From the IMG/VR virus record IMGVR_UViG_3300042397_003635: DNA of 64,000 nucleotides. One strand, 5' to 3'. The DNA is from a virus (lineage: Duplodnaviria > Caudoviricetes). Below are positions 26,711 to 36,356 of the stretch, in pieces. Below the pieces are notes generated by a model, which was not told the origin of the DNA, did no database searches, and was given only the letters and a program-made list of their open reading frames with translations. Both the position numbers and the translations under genes were made by a program. Numbering within the stretch: the stretch's first letter is position 1; each line of letters opens with the position of its first letter.

Positions 26711-29005
26711 TTACTGGCGAAATCCAGTTCTGACTAGATAAAAATTAGTAGTTGAGCCAGATACAAGAGCATCGACGGTTAGCACCTGTAAACCAGGATA
26801 GGTTGAAGTTAAGTTAGTAGTTCCATTATTAATAGGAGTCCAATCGCTAGCTTTAAATATTCTGTAAGCTGGAGTTGAGTTTGGCCAAGCTGAAAGATTA
26901 GAATTTGCTTTAGAATAAACTAGAAAAATATCCGTTATTGATAGAGTTGAATTTCCATTCGCATCCATTCTATAATAATCCTTTGAATTAAATGATTGAC
27001 TTAAAACTTTTTGAGTAAATGATTGAGCATCAGTTGAGGTTGGATTATCTACAGTAATAGAACCAATAACTATTCTAAAATCATTTTTATTTGCACTCAA
27101 TTGGGTCGAAAAAGAATACGCTCCACTTGAATTAGTTGTACTTGAACTAAGTAGATTATAATTTGAATCGGATTTTGGTTTTGAATAAAGCTGAATTGAA
27201 ATATTTGCGATACCAACTCCTTCAGAATTATACACATTTCCAGTTTGTGTAAATGGAGCAACTATAATCATTCCAGCGCTTGAAAAGGTAAATCCACAAG
27301 TTCCATTTTGTAATTGAGCTCTATACAAAACTCCATCAGTTTGATTTGAATATGAATTAGTAGCAGAGGTATTTGTAATATCTGACCAAGTTACTCCATC
27401 ATTAATTGAACGCTGCCATTTAACAATAGTTCCAGTGTAACCGCTTAGAGTTAAGGTACCTGAGTTAGTTGAAGTTGCATGCACAGCAGATGAAACTGAT
27501 CCTCCAACTGGTGGAGTTCCTGAAGTTACAGTAATTGTTTTTGCAGTAGACAGTACCGCGCCTCCGCAGTTTGGCGTTTGTACTTCAACTCGATAATAAT
27601 AAGTTCCAGCTGTAGTAAGTGTTTGATTTAAACTGGCAGTAGTATTTGAAATGTCAGTCCAGTTAACATTATCTGTGGATCTCTGCCATTTATTAATATT
27701 TCCTTGTTGACCGGAAAGGGTAAGTTCAGCCTGTCCACCTGAACAAATTGAATTGTTTGCTGCAAATATTGTTCCTGCATTAGTTGGCTTAACCGATAAA
27801 AAAACACTTGAAGTTGCAAGGCCAGTACATGAAGTTGGACTAGTTGAATTTATAATTGCTCTATAATAAGTGGTTTTAGTTAAGTTAGTTACGGTTATAC
27901 TAGAGGAAGTACTTGTTATAGTTGTTCCAGCTGTAAAGAAGTTATCAAATGAAGATTCCCATCTAACTATACTTCCTGTGTAATTGTTTAAGGTTAAGGT
28001 TGTACTGTTTGAGCCAGAACATACATTAAGATTTCCACCTGATATCCAACCACTTGATGCTCCACTGATTTCAATATTTCTAGTTGAGATAGTTACGCTT
28101 GAAGTTATATCTCCTGGCATATCTCCGTATTCACAAATATAACCCGGTAAGCTTGTATTTGGTAAGTCATTCCATGATCCGCTATTTGCCGAATAAAATT
28201 GTGCATAGTGTTCGCCTCCAGCATTGTTCGGTTCTCCTCCTGCCCATTTGGCATATTGTCCAGTTACTGCAGTTGATGAATTTGAAAATTGAGTTCCTTT
28301 TTCTGGCCCAGTTACCCAGTGCCATTTTTGTTCTACTGCAGCTTGTGAAGCAAATGCAGTTGTACCTTTTGCTGTATTAACTTCACTGACTTCATCGGAT
28401 CCACCAAACCAACCGTCTGATGACATTAACTTCCAAATAAAATTGTTCTCAGCCTCTGACATCATTGTTGCAAGATAACCAGCTCTACCAAAATACGATC
28501 GATTGGAGGCAGAAGTTTTAGCCGCTGTCCATGAACCGCTTGATGAAACGTATTCATAGAAGTGCTCAGTTAGAGGATTATAAAATACTGTACCTGCAAC
28601 AAATGTTACACGTCTTTGGAGAGCATAACAGGTTGCAGTAGTGGATTTAAACTCTACTCCTCTTAAAACGGTTTGCCAATCAGCTGCGCTCGCTGTACCA
28701 TTAAATACTAAAATTCCAGTTGTTGTGTTAAACGCTGAAACACTTACACCTGATGGAAGAGTTGCAGTTGATCTTAATTGATCTCCACTTGCACCACTTG
28801 TATAGGCTTGAGATATCTGAACCCTAAATCCAGTAATTGTTCCATTTGCAGTTACCGCTACGTTTGGATCAACCTTTGTCCAAGTATTATAACTAACAGA
28901 TAGAGTCGAAGAGCTTCCTCCCAAACTAACAGATGTTGCTTGGGCATTTACCAAAGTTGGTGCTAACCAAATAATACTTAGTAATATGAGAGCTCTTTTA
29001 AACAT
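26711..29005 (-). CDS. Exported adhesin-like protein: C-type lectin domain, Ig-like repeats, dockerin-like module
   Basis: SPI then Q; HFYEYV..WT.AK...YLAT..EAEN..WFGG..W.GGEPNN.GGEHY..WND..YICEY; three L.LSG..G.I.KWQ.S repeats; DANGNSTLSITD. Confidence 0.8.
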   Translation of the reverse strand: MFKRALILLSIIWLAPTLVNAQATSVSLGGSSSTLSVSYNTWTKVDPNVAVTANGTITGFRVQISQAYTSGASGDQLRSTATLPSGVSVSAFNTTTGILVFNGTASAADWQTVLRGVEFKSTTATCYALQRRVTFVAGTVFYNPLTEHFYEYVSSSGSWTAAKTSASNRSYFGRAGYLATMMSEAENNFIWKLMSSDGWFGGSDEVSEVNTAKGTTAFASQAAVEQKWHWVTGPEKGTQFSNSSTAVTGQYAKWAGGEPNNAGGEHYAQFYSANSGSWNDLPNTSLPGYICEYGDMPGDITSSVTISTRNIEISGASSGWISGGNLNVCSGSNSTTLTLNNYTGSIVRWESSFDNFFTAGTTITSTSSSITVTNLTKTTYYRAIINSTSPTSCTGLATSSVFLSVKPTNAGTIFAANNSICSGGQAELTLSGQQGNINKWQRSTDNVNWTDISNTTASLNQTLTTAGTYYYRVEVQTPNCGGAVLSTAKTITVTSGTPPVGGSVSSAVHATSTNSGTLTLSGYTGTIVKWQRSINDGVTWSDITNTSATNSYSNQTDGVLYRAQLQNGTCGFTFSSAGMIIVAPFTQTGNVYNSEGVGIANISIQLYSKPKSDSNYNLLSSSTTNSSGAYSFSTQLSANKNDFRIVIGSITVDNPTSTDAQSFTQKVLSQSFNSKDYYRMDANGNSTLSITDIFLVYSKANSNLSAWPNSTPAYRIFKASDWTPINNGTTNLTSTYPGLQVLTVDALVSGSTTNFYLVRTGFRQ

Positions 29006-29007
29006 AA

Positions 29008-29454
29008 TTACATTTTGCTAACTGCGTCTAATAAACTTTTCTTTATAGCGCTAGCGAAAGTTGTTTTTTCAAATGGAAGGTTCTCATCCTTTAATTCAAT
29101 TAAGGTAGATTTAACTGTTGTTTTAGCAGTACCTTCTCCAATATATTCTTTACCATCTTTGGTAACTTTAACTTTAATAATAGTTTCCTTTTTAATTGCA
29201 GTAAAGGGTCCAATTGCAATTCCTGTAGTTGGAGCTTCAATTGAAAATACGTCTACTGTAATTGGCGAACCGTCATTACAAATTGTAAATTTTTCTGAAA
29301 CGATTTCTTCGGCTAATTGTTTAATACCGAAAATTACTCTTTCCTTTTTCATATCAGGCGCATCTGCACTTGCTACAACACTTGTTACTTTATAACAAGG
29401 TTCAGTAAATGAAAGTAGAGTAAGCGTTGATAAAACTAATAATACCTTCTTCAT
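29008..29454 (-). CDS. Exported hypothetical protein
   Basis: Signal peptide MKKVLLVLSTLTLLSF; in operon with CsgG-like gene. Confidence 0.65.
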   Translation of the reverse strand: MKKVLLVLSTLTLLSFTEPCYKVTSVVASADAPDMKKERVIFGIKQLAEEIVSEKFTICNDGSPITVDVFSIEAPTTGIAIGPFTAIKKETIIKVKVTKDGKEYIGEGTAKTTVKSTLIELKDENLPFEKTTFASAIKKSLLDAVSKM

Positions 29455-29468
29455 TTGTTTTTATTTTT

Positions 29469-31166
29469 TTAAAGCATAACCTTACCACCAGTTAAGACCT
29501 GATAGTTAAGCATATTTTTATTCATTTCATAAGTTCCCGAGAAACTTATATTAAATTTAAATTTCTTTGTGATTGAATAATCCCATGAACTAAATGGAAC
29601 TACTAATAAACCTGAACTCCACCATTGGCCTTCATAGAATTGAGTAAATGGAGAATAGACTCCAAGTACTAAAAGGGTACCTGTTATTTTTTTACCTGCG
29701 TTAAACATGTAAAATCCACCTCCAACTGCTGATAAGTTCTGAAACCCAGTTTCTCCAATTTTACCTGCAGTAAAGTTTAAACCGCCCATTAGGGAAAGCT
29801 TAGTAAATCTCTTTGATCCAAGTAAAGTCGTAGTATTAAAGAAGTCCCTTGCTGGATTTACCATTGACGAGTTTGCTGCAATAATTGTAGTTTTACTCTT
29901 AGGTAAAGTCCAAGCTCCATAAAAGGTAATATTTGAATTATTAATTTGAGTAGTAAAGTTTCCTAAAAATCCTCTAGCAAAAGTATTTTTAGTATTAGAC
30001 TTAGTCATACTCATTGTAAATTTAAACTGATCCTTTTCTCCCTCTTCTGCGCTTCGTACTGCAACAATATCTCCTGTTCCAATTAAGGCTCCAGTTCTTG
30101 CTCGGTTTTTATCTCCATTCTTTGAGCTACCTCCGCTTGAACTGTTACCTCCACTGCTACCTCCGCTTGAAGTTGCTTCAGCTGCATTTGATACTGAGTT
30201 AGTTGTTCCACCATTACCTCCGCTTGAATTAGATTGAGTTAATCCACCAGACTCTGTGGTGTTTCCTGTACCTCCGGCTGATCCCGAACCTGTGCCATTA
30301 GTGTTACCATTAGATCCAGTTCCAGTTGTACCAGATGATCCCGTATTACCTACAGGTGGCTGAGACGACGAACCTCCTCCTTGAGTTGACCCACCTGAAC
30401 CTGAACCGTTTCCTCCCGAGCCTGAAGCAGGGTTTCCACCTGTTTGGCCAGATCCTGAACCTGATCCAGTGTTTCCGCTTCCAGTATTTCCACTAGAACC
30501 TGTTGTATTTCCTCCGTTATTAGTAGATGATCCATTTCCTTGATTATTTCCTGAGCCTACTGATCCCGACGAGCTTTGATTGCTGCCTTGACCTGACCCA
30601 CTAGATTGACTACCCCCATTAGAACTAGAGGAGCCATTATTATTGCTGCTATTACTGCCGCCGCTATTCCCATTTCCGCCATTACGATTGTTATTATTTT
30701 TCTTTTCACCACTGCCTCCGTTACCGGTACCGTCTCCACTTGATCCATTATTTACAGTGTTTCCAAGATTACCTCCAACCGTACTTGATGCGCCAGCTAT
30801 GTTTGATGCAAGACTTGACGCCATCATTGATACTGACGTAATATTAGTCAGGGTTGAAATAATATTATTTGTAACAATTAAATTTGTTGATTGAACTGCT
30901 TGTGTTGTTGCTTGATCACAAGGTTTTCCAGCATTTGCGCCAGATGTTTGATTTAACCAAGCTAAAAATGCTCCATTACTAAAATCGGTATTAGTAAATG
31001 TTCCAACTTGTCCATAATATGTAACAGCAATAGCTGCTCCACTTAATGGAACTGAAACAAATTTAATATTTTTTGTACATGGATCTACATATTGATAAAT
31101 GTAGCTTTGCGCTTTTACTAAGGAAGTAGAAGCAAATAAAAATACCAGTAAGATTAGGTTTTTCAT
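29469..31166 (-). CDS. Exported protein with long Gly/Ser/Asn low-complexity linker and probable C-terminal beta-barrel
   Basis: SPI then Q; over 200 aa G/S/N-rich; C-terminal alternating aromatic/hydrophobic strands. Confidence 0.7.
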   Translation of the reverse strand: MKNLILLVFLFASTSLVKAQSYIYQYVDPCTKNIKFVSVPLSGAAIAVTYYGQVGTFTNTDFSNGAFLAWLNQTSGANAGKPCDQATTQAVQSTNLIVTNNIISTLTNITSVSMMASSLASNIAGASSTVGGNLGNTVNNGSSGDGTGNGGSGEKKNNNNRNGGNGNSGGSNSSNNNGSSSSNGGSQSSGSGQGSNQSSSGSVGSGNNQGNGSSTNNGGNTTGSSGNTGSGNTGSGSGSGQTGGNPASGSGGNGSGSGGSTQGGGSSSQPPVGNTGSSGTTGTGSNGNTNGTGSGSAGGTGNTTESGGLTQSNSSGGNGGTTNSVSNAAEATSSGGSSGGNSSSGGSSKNGDKNRARTGALIGTGDIVAVRSAEEGEKDQFKFTMSMTKSNTKNTFARGFLGNFTTQINNSNITFYGAWTLPKSKTTIIAANSSMVNPARDFFNTTTLLGSKRFTKLSLMGGLNFTAGKIGETGFQNLSAVGGGFYMFNAGKKITGTLLVLGVYSPFTQFYEGQWWSSGLLVVPFSSWDYSITKKFKFNISFSGTYEMNKNMLNYQVLTGGKVML

Positions 31167-31876
31167 CGTCTAAAAACTCCCTTTTTGATCAACTTGCTTA
31201 CAACTCGTGAAGCAGCAGTCTCAAGGGATTTCTTAGTAGATATACCGATCGTTGATTGATTAAATTTAACTTCATCAACTCCGTCCAATAGACTTGCTTT
31301 CTTAACGGTGATGGCTTCTCCAAGACCTGAGCCAGTAATTATTTCACCGGTTTCAGCATCAACAAATCTTACTTGAAGGCCGATTGTGGTTTTTTGTTTA
31401 ACCTCTGCACCAGATACTTGAATTTCTTCATCTTCTGAAATTGCAAAGTCATAAACTTCGATATACACAAAATATTTAGCAAGGATAACATTTCCTTTTA
31501 CCTGAATAGTATTTGCTGAGATTCCCTTATCTGATGCTTTTTGTTGAGCAATCATTTTTTGTTTAATCTCTTCTCTGTCCTCTGTGAATTTAAATCTATC
31601 GGTTGATTCTAAAAATTCAAGAACAATATTGGCAACACCAAGACCCACACGATTGTCCTTTAATTCAGGGTACATTGCATAGAGTTCTTCGTTAATACCA
31701 ATTTTTAATACCTGTATAGGAATTACAATAGTATCATCGTAATTTGCAACAAGGTTTATTGACTGTTTCTTTTCAAAATCAGCCTGATAGGTTTCAGTTT
31801 TAGTTGAACCAATGGTTTGAGCTTGAGCACCCACCGCCAATAGCAGCATGATGCAAATTACGATTAACTTTTTCAT
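31163..31876 (-). CDS. CsgG/HfaB-family outer-membrane secretion/assembly protein
   Basis: SPI then Q; FLESTDRFKFTEDREEI, YIEVYDF, IGLQVRFVDAETGEII.GSG.GEA. Confidence 0.75.
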   Translation of the reverse strand: MKKLIVICIMLLLAVGAQAQTIGSTKTETYQADFEKKQSINLVANYDDTIVIPIQVLKIGINEELYAMYPELKDNRVGLGVANIVLEFLESTDRFKFTEDREEIKQKMIAQQKASDKGISANTIQVKGNVILAKYFVYIEVYDFAISEDEEIQVSGAEVKQKTTIGLQVRFVDAETGEIITGSGLGEAITVKKASLLDGVDEVKFNQSTIGISTKKSLETAASRVVSKLIKKGVFRR

Positions 31877-31991
31877 ATTCCAAATTTATAGGCAATAAAT
31901 CCAATACCACCGAACCATGCCGCTGCTATTAAAATTATTTTCCAGTTTTCTTCAAAAAAGGAGTAAACCTTTTTCATAGGACTCAATTTTT

Positions 31992-32381
31992 TTATTCAGC
32001 AGTATTAGATAAAGACTGACCGTCTTCTTCGTCAACTTTCTGAATTAACATTTTGTCGCGATCTTCTGAATTAAACCAGTAGTCAACAACTTTATTTAGG
32101 TTACCAACGAATGCACCTAAAAGAATTAATAACATTTCTTTCCAGTCTTCTCCGATAGTAGCACCCATAAATACGCCAGCATTAATTCCTACAATAATTA
32201 AAGTGAATAACCCTAATACAATTGCAGTAATTCTCCATCTGTTTGCTTGCATTTGCTGTAACATGTAATAGAATCTGTTCTTATCATCTACTTTTACATA
32301 TTCTTCTTTTCCGAAGCCTAATGCATTTTTAACCGTTTCTTTAATAGACATTTTAGTGTTCTTTATTTTTTTAATTACCAA
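31992..32381 (-). CDS. Two-TM membrane protein
   Basis: Two hydrophobic helices then VVDYWFNSED. Confidence 0.65.
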   Translation of the reverse strand: MVIKKIKNTKMSIKETVKNALGFGKEEYVKVDDKNRFYYMLQQMQANRWRITAIVLGLFTLIIVGINAGVFMGATIGEDWKEMLLILLGAFVGNLNKVVDYWFNSEDRDKMLIQKVDEEDGQSLSNTAE

Positions 32382-32698
32382 GACTCTTCTTCTTTCTTAG
32401 GTTCAGCCTTAGGTTTTGCAGGTTCTGCTGCAGGTTTTTCAATAACACGCTCTTTAATAATTGTGTTAGTTCCACCAGATTGTTTTTGTTGGTTAGTGTT
32501 ATTGTTTTCAAGGTTGATTACAACTGGAGCAGGGGCTGGGGCAGCTTGTTCAGTTTTAGTCTCTTCCTTGTCGCTTCCACCACCGAAAAGAGTAGTAGTC
32601 AAATAGGTTCCACCTGCTAATACTGCAGTTGAAAGAGTTCCTATGATGGTCTTTTTAAGACCTGACCAAGTGCCTTCGTTTTGTGTTTCTTCAGACAT
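32375..32698 (-). CDS. Single-TM protein with Pro/Asn-rich tail
   Basis: TIIGTLSTAVLAGGTYL hydrophobic segment. Confidence 0.65.
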   Translation of the reverse strand: MSEETQNEGTWSGLKKTIIGTLSTAVLAGGTYLTTTLFGGGSDKEETKTEQAAPAPAPVVINLENNNTNQQKQSGGTNTIIKERVIEKPAAEPAKPKAEPKKEEESW

Positions 32699-32724
32699 TG
32701 TGAGTTTGTTTTTTTATTATTTAA

Positions 32725-34659
32725 TTACTTTGAAACTATTTCTTTTGCGGATGCAATTTTCTTACCTGCGGTTAGGATCGCATAGTAAATTCCACCTTGA
32801 ACATGACTTAAGTCTGTACTATAAGTATAGGTTCCAGCTGGCATAAATTGATTTACTAGGGTTTTAATTGGCTGACCTAATTGATCTCTAAATGTAAGAT
32901 TAACCATTGCATCTTCTAAAACGTTAAAGGTTACTGCAACATGACCTTGAGTTGGGTTTGGTGCAAGTTTAACTGTCATTAAATTATTTTCAATAGTTCC
33001 TACTCCCCATCCTGGATTAACAATTAAGACTTGAATAATTCCGTCAGTCGGGGTAATGTTTAAATCTTTATGAGTTGTATTAACTCCAGCATATTTTCTA
33101 GTCACATAAAGCGGGCTTTTATTCCATTGATCTTTTGGAACAAGCGCTAGGAATTGAAGATTAAACGCAGTTTGTCCATCTGCAATTGGGTGAGTTGTTG
33201 TAAAATCTGCACCGCCCCATTCGATAGTTCCATCTTGTGGGTTTACAAAAGACAACCAGTGTGAAATATTTTCAGTAGCTGCGATTGATTTGAATTCAAG
33301 TAATTGTGGATCGTATTTTAAAGCTAATTGAAGAGATCCTACTTGAACATTGCTAGATAAAACTTTAACTGGAACATTAAGAAGATTACCTGCTTCAACT
33401 GTAATTTCTGGCATGTTTACTTCAATTGTTTCTAAAGTGGCTGCATTATCATATTGAGTTGTTGCATCAATAATATGGTTTGGTGCATTGTTTGGATTAA
33501 CAATTTGAATAGGAACCATACGCGCCATGTGGAAACCAGTGCCGTTTGCATCTCCTTTACCTAATACATAGAATGTTACAGAATCGGGTTGACCCGCAAC
33601 AATATCAAATGTAATATCGGTTACACCTGGAATTGATGCAGTATAATTGGTAGTTGAACCATTGATTGTTGCATATTGAGAAGCAGTAAAGAATTTAACA
33701 TCCATTGTATTATTTGGCCATGCCGAGAATCTTCCAGCTAATCTACCATAGATACCATAAGCATCTGTAATTGAGATAGTATTATCTGAGTTTACATCAG
33801 CTGCATAGTAATCAAATCCAGTTGGAGTTGCTTGTCCTAATACATATTGGTTTACTTTAGCAGCATCTGCTGTTGAAATTGTATTACCTACAGTAAGGGT
33901 ATCACCTTTAACATAGAGGCGTGCATTGAAATAAGTTGTATCGACAACTACATCATTAAATGCAAATGCTCCAGATACGGCAGTCGTATCCATTTTGATA
34001 GTTGTCCAAGTACCACCAGTTTTTGGTCTTTGTTGTAATTGAACAATAATGTTTTTAGAACCAGAACCTGTTACGTTAGTGAATGTACCATGGTAATTAA
34101 GAGATGGGCGTAAGAAGATACCACCGTAATTGTGTTGGCTTAGTGTACCATCAGTACCATCTTGTTTTGCTAACAATTGAGGGAAAGAGTTACCAGTAGT
34201 TGGTGACCAAGTTAAGTTTGAAATTGCAGTTAGGGCTTGGAATGTAGTATTCGCAGCATGTGTAAATGTAATTTCAAAAGTTTCGCCTTCAGCTAGCGTC
34301 CATGTACTACTTGAACCAGTATAAACTAAGGTAATTGTAATAAACCCGTTTACTGAATCAGTTTGATATGAAAGAACTTCATTTGATGCAGATGTAACAG
34401 CCGCCACAGTTGCACCAGTAAACGCAGTCTTATCATAGAATACTCTAAATTGAAGACCTGTTACTAGAGTCGAAGTGTTATTTTTATAAGTAATTCTTGC
34501 TTTAGTTTGACCAAGCAAAGACGATCCAACTGTATAGTTGGTGTCAATAATTACCCAAGCTCCTGAAGATGGGGCTGGGGGACCCGTTTGGGCATAAGTT
34601 TCTGTGGTAGCCGCAAAACATAATACAGCACACAAAATGGTTAATAACCAGTTTTTCAT
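32725..34659 (-). CDS. T9SS cargo protein with cohesin-like and dockerin-like modules
   Basis: SPI then Q; VTGLQFRVFYD and VGSLQLALKYDPQLLEF cohesin-like; DVNSDNTISITD dockerin-like; C-terminal APNP...G.Y...GIYYAIL...K.IVSK type A sorting domain. Confidence 0.82.
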   Translation of the reverse strand: MKNWLLTILCAVLCFAATTETYAQTGPPAPSSGAWVIIDTNYTVGSSLLGQTKARITYKNNTSTLVTGLQFRVFYDKTAFTGATVAAVTSASNEVLSYQTDSVNGFITITLVYTGSSSTWTLAEGETFEITFTHAANTTFQALTAISNLTWSPTTGNSFPQLLAKQDGTDGTLSQHNYGGIFLRPSLNYHGTFTNVTGSGSKNIIVQLQQRPKTGGTWTTIKMDTTAVSGAFAFNDVVVDTTYFNARLYVKGDTLTVGNTISTADAAKVNQYVLGQATPTGFDYYAADVNSDNTISITDAYGIYGRLAGRFSAWPNNTMDVKFFTASQYATINGSTTNYTASIPGVTDITFDIVAGQPDSVTFYVLGKGDANGTGFHMARMVPIQIVNPNNAPNHIIDATTQYDNAATLETIEVNMPEITVEAGNLLNVPVKVLSSNVQVGSLQLALKYDPQLLEFKSIAATENISHWLSFVNPQDGTIEWGGADFTTTHPIADGQTAFNLQFLALVPKDQWNKSPLYVTRKYAGVNTTHKDLNITPTDGIIQVLIVNPGWGVGTIENNLMTVKLAPNPTQGHVAVTFNVLEDAMVNLTFRDQLGQPIKTLVNQFMPAGTYTYSTDLSHVQGGIYYAILTAGKKIASAKEIVSK

Positions 34660-34721
34660 TTTAAATCTAGACCTTTTCTTATTATTTATCTAAATCAATA
34701 TTTTTAAAGGTCACCTGAAAC

Positions 34722-34750
34722 AAAAAAAGAGGAACAATTTGTTCCTCTTT
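34722..34750 (-). terminator. Intrinsic terminator
   Basis: AAAAGAGGAACA-ATT-TGTTCCTCTTTT palindrome with A/T tracts. Confidence 0.75.
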
Positions 34751-34773
34751 TGGCCGGAGTTAATGTCTCCCGA

Positions 34774-34941
34774 TTACTTAGTTGCAGTAGTGTCTACGGT
34801 TGCAGTCGAGTCTGCTGCTACTACAGTTGAGTCTACTTGTGTAGAGTCAGCCGCAGGAGCGTCAGCGGTCGTTGCACCATTTCCACATGCAGTAAATCCT
34901 ACTGCAGCAACTAGAATCATTACGATTGCGTACTTTTTCAT
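34774..34941 (-). CDS. Small lipoprotein (55 aa) with D-S/T-T motifs
   Basis: MKKYAIVMILVAAVGFTA-CGNG...DSTQVDSTVVAADSTATVDTTATK; missing from track (only the antisense ORF listed). Confidence 0.8.
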   Translation of the reverse strand: MKKYAIVMILVAAVGFTACGNGATTADAPAADSTQVDSTVVAADSTATVDTTATK

Positions 34942-35000
34942 AGCTATGGTTTTTGGTTTTGTTTTGTAAAGATATTATACCCAATTTGGGCACTTTGGTT

Positions 35001-35615
35001 TTAAATTCCAGACTCTTCAAATGCTTGCCTCATTCTTGCAGAGAGTTGATCATATCTCATGTTAAATTTTGGCGAACAGGCATTAAGAACAGTCTTATTT
35101 GAATATGGTGTGTTACCAGGTTTACACCATTTTCTAGAAGTAAGCATCCAATTATAGAAGAGAACATAAGCGTTTGCACTCTTAGTATACTTTTCAATAT
35201 TAATAGGCAAATTGAAGTCCCTTATTAATTGAACACTACGTTTTTCGTTATCTAGTTCAAGATCTCTAGATAGGGCCATCCATTTTTCAATATTACGTTT
35301 AGTTGCACCATTTAACCACTCTTCAATATGACCCATTGCATAGCCAGATTCTTTCCAAATAGGAATCTTTTCATTCCATTGGGTAAAGTGTCCAAATTCG
35401 TGTACTAAAACTTCAACTGATACTGGATTTAACATGGCAACCACAAGTTTTCGATTTTGGTCATCGAAATAACCTGAACACTTCATACCCTGACCAAGTC
35501 TTAGGTATCTAACGTTTCTCAGTTCGACTTTGATTCCAGTATTTTTACATTCAGACTTTACGTGCTTAATGAATGCTTTAATACGTGGATGTTCTAGTCG
35601 ACTGGCGGTTGTCAT
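35001..35615 (-). CDS. Putative Zn metalloprotease-like protein
   Basis: VLVHEFGH (HExxH), downstream ELDNE. Confidence 0.55.
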   Translation of the reverse strand: MTTASRLEHPRIKAFIKHVKSECKNTGIKVELRNVRYLRLGQGMKCSGYFDDQNRKLVVAMLNPVSVEVLVHEFGHFTQWNEKIPIWKESGYAMGHIEEWLNGATKRNIEKWMALSRDLELDNEKRSVQLIRDFNLPINIEKYTKSANAYVLFYNWMLTSRKWCKPGNTPYSNKTVLNACSPKFNMRYDQLSARMRQAFEESGI

Positions 35616-35621
35616 ATAAAA

Positions 35622-36356
35622 TTATTTATTTGGCTTCCATACGAGGCCGATTTGAAAGACCCCATCGTATGGTTTAACCTCTGGTTTTACCCAAGTTTGA
35701 TAAGTTTGGTGATTAACGTCACCGCCAAGTGAAAATGATAGGCTTTTTGATAGTGGGTGCTCTACTAAAACAATAACCCTGCTTACCATGTTATTACTTG
35801 CACTAGCACCGGTGTTAGAAAATAAAGGCGGCTGCACAAGGGCAGTAACTGTTAACTTAGTTAATGTACCCAAAACCAGCTTAGTTCTGGTCGAACTTCT
35901 TATGGTCCAGGTTCGGTTTCCTTCTATTAGCTGAAGCTGCTCGGTTGTTACTGCTTGTGAAACTTCCAGTTTTTTGCCAGGCAGATCAATTACAGTAACC
36001 TTATAACCAGCCCCTCCGGTCACCCTGAAATCCACCTTTCTGGTATATGAATGTTCCCCTTCGCTAAATAATATAAGTGACTGGACCTTATCCAGAGTCT
36101 TCCAGCCATATACCGAGGCTGTAATATCCCGTCTTTGTAGAACCATTACCTCATTAATTGAAGCATATTGAACCTGTCCAGAAAGGGTTGCAATTCCACC
36201 AAGCTTTCCAGTGTCCTTTGACTTGTATTCTCCCTTTGCGCCAATTAAATAGCCAGCTCGATTACCAACATTGAGCATGCCATTTATGGAATAGGCTTGT
36301 GTTTGAGCCTTTACCAAACTTGGTAAAAAGCATAATATAAAAATTAGTTTCTTCAT
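35622..36356 (-). CDS. Exported outer-membrane beta-barrel-like protein
   Basis: SPI then Q; alternating strands; ends FQIGLVW. Confidence 0.65.
   Translation of the reverse strand: MKKLIFILCFLPSLVKAQTQAYSINGMLNVGNRAGYLIGAKGEYKSKDTGKLGGIATLSGQVQYASINEVMVLQRRDITASVYGWKTLDKVQSLILFSEGEHSYTRKVDFRVTGGAGYKVTVIDLPGKKLEVSQAVTTEQLQLIEGNRTWTIRSSTRTKLVLGTLTKLTVTALVQPPLFSNTGASASNNMVSRVIVLVEHPLSKSLSFSLGGDVNHQTYQTWVKPEVKPYDGVFQIGLVWKPNK

Noticed and set aside
29469-31166. Curli subunit (CsgA/CsgB) next to the CsgG-like gene
   Set aside because: The G/S/N-rich tract lacks regular curlin (N-x-A-x-x-x-Q) repeats; treated as a flexible linker.
34739-34969. Plus-strand 76-aa ORF
   Set aside because: Antisense of the real minus-strand lipoprotein 34774-34941.
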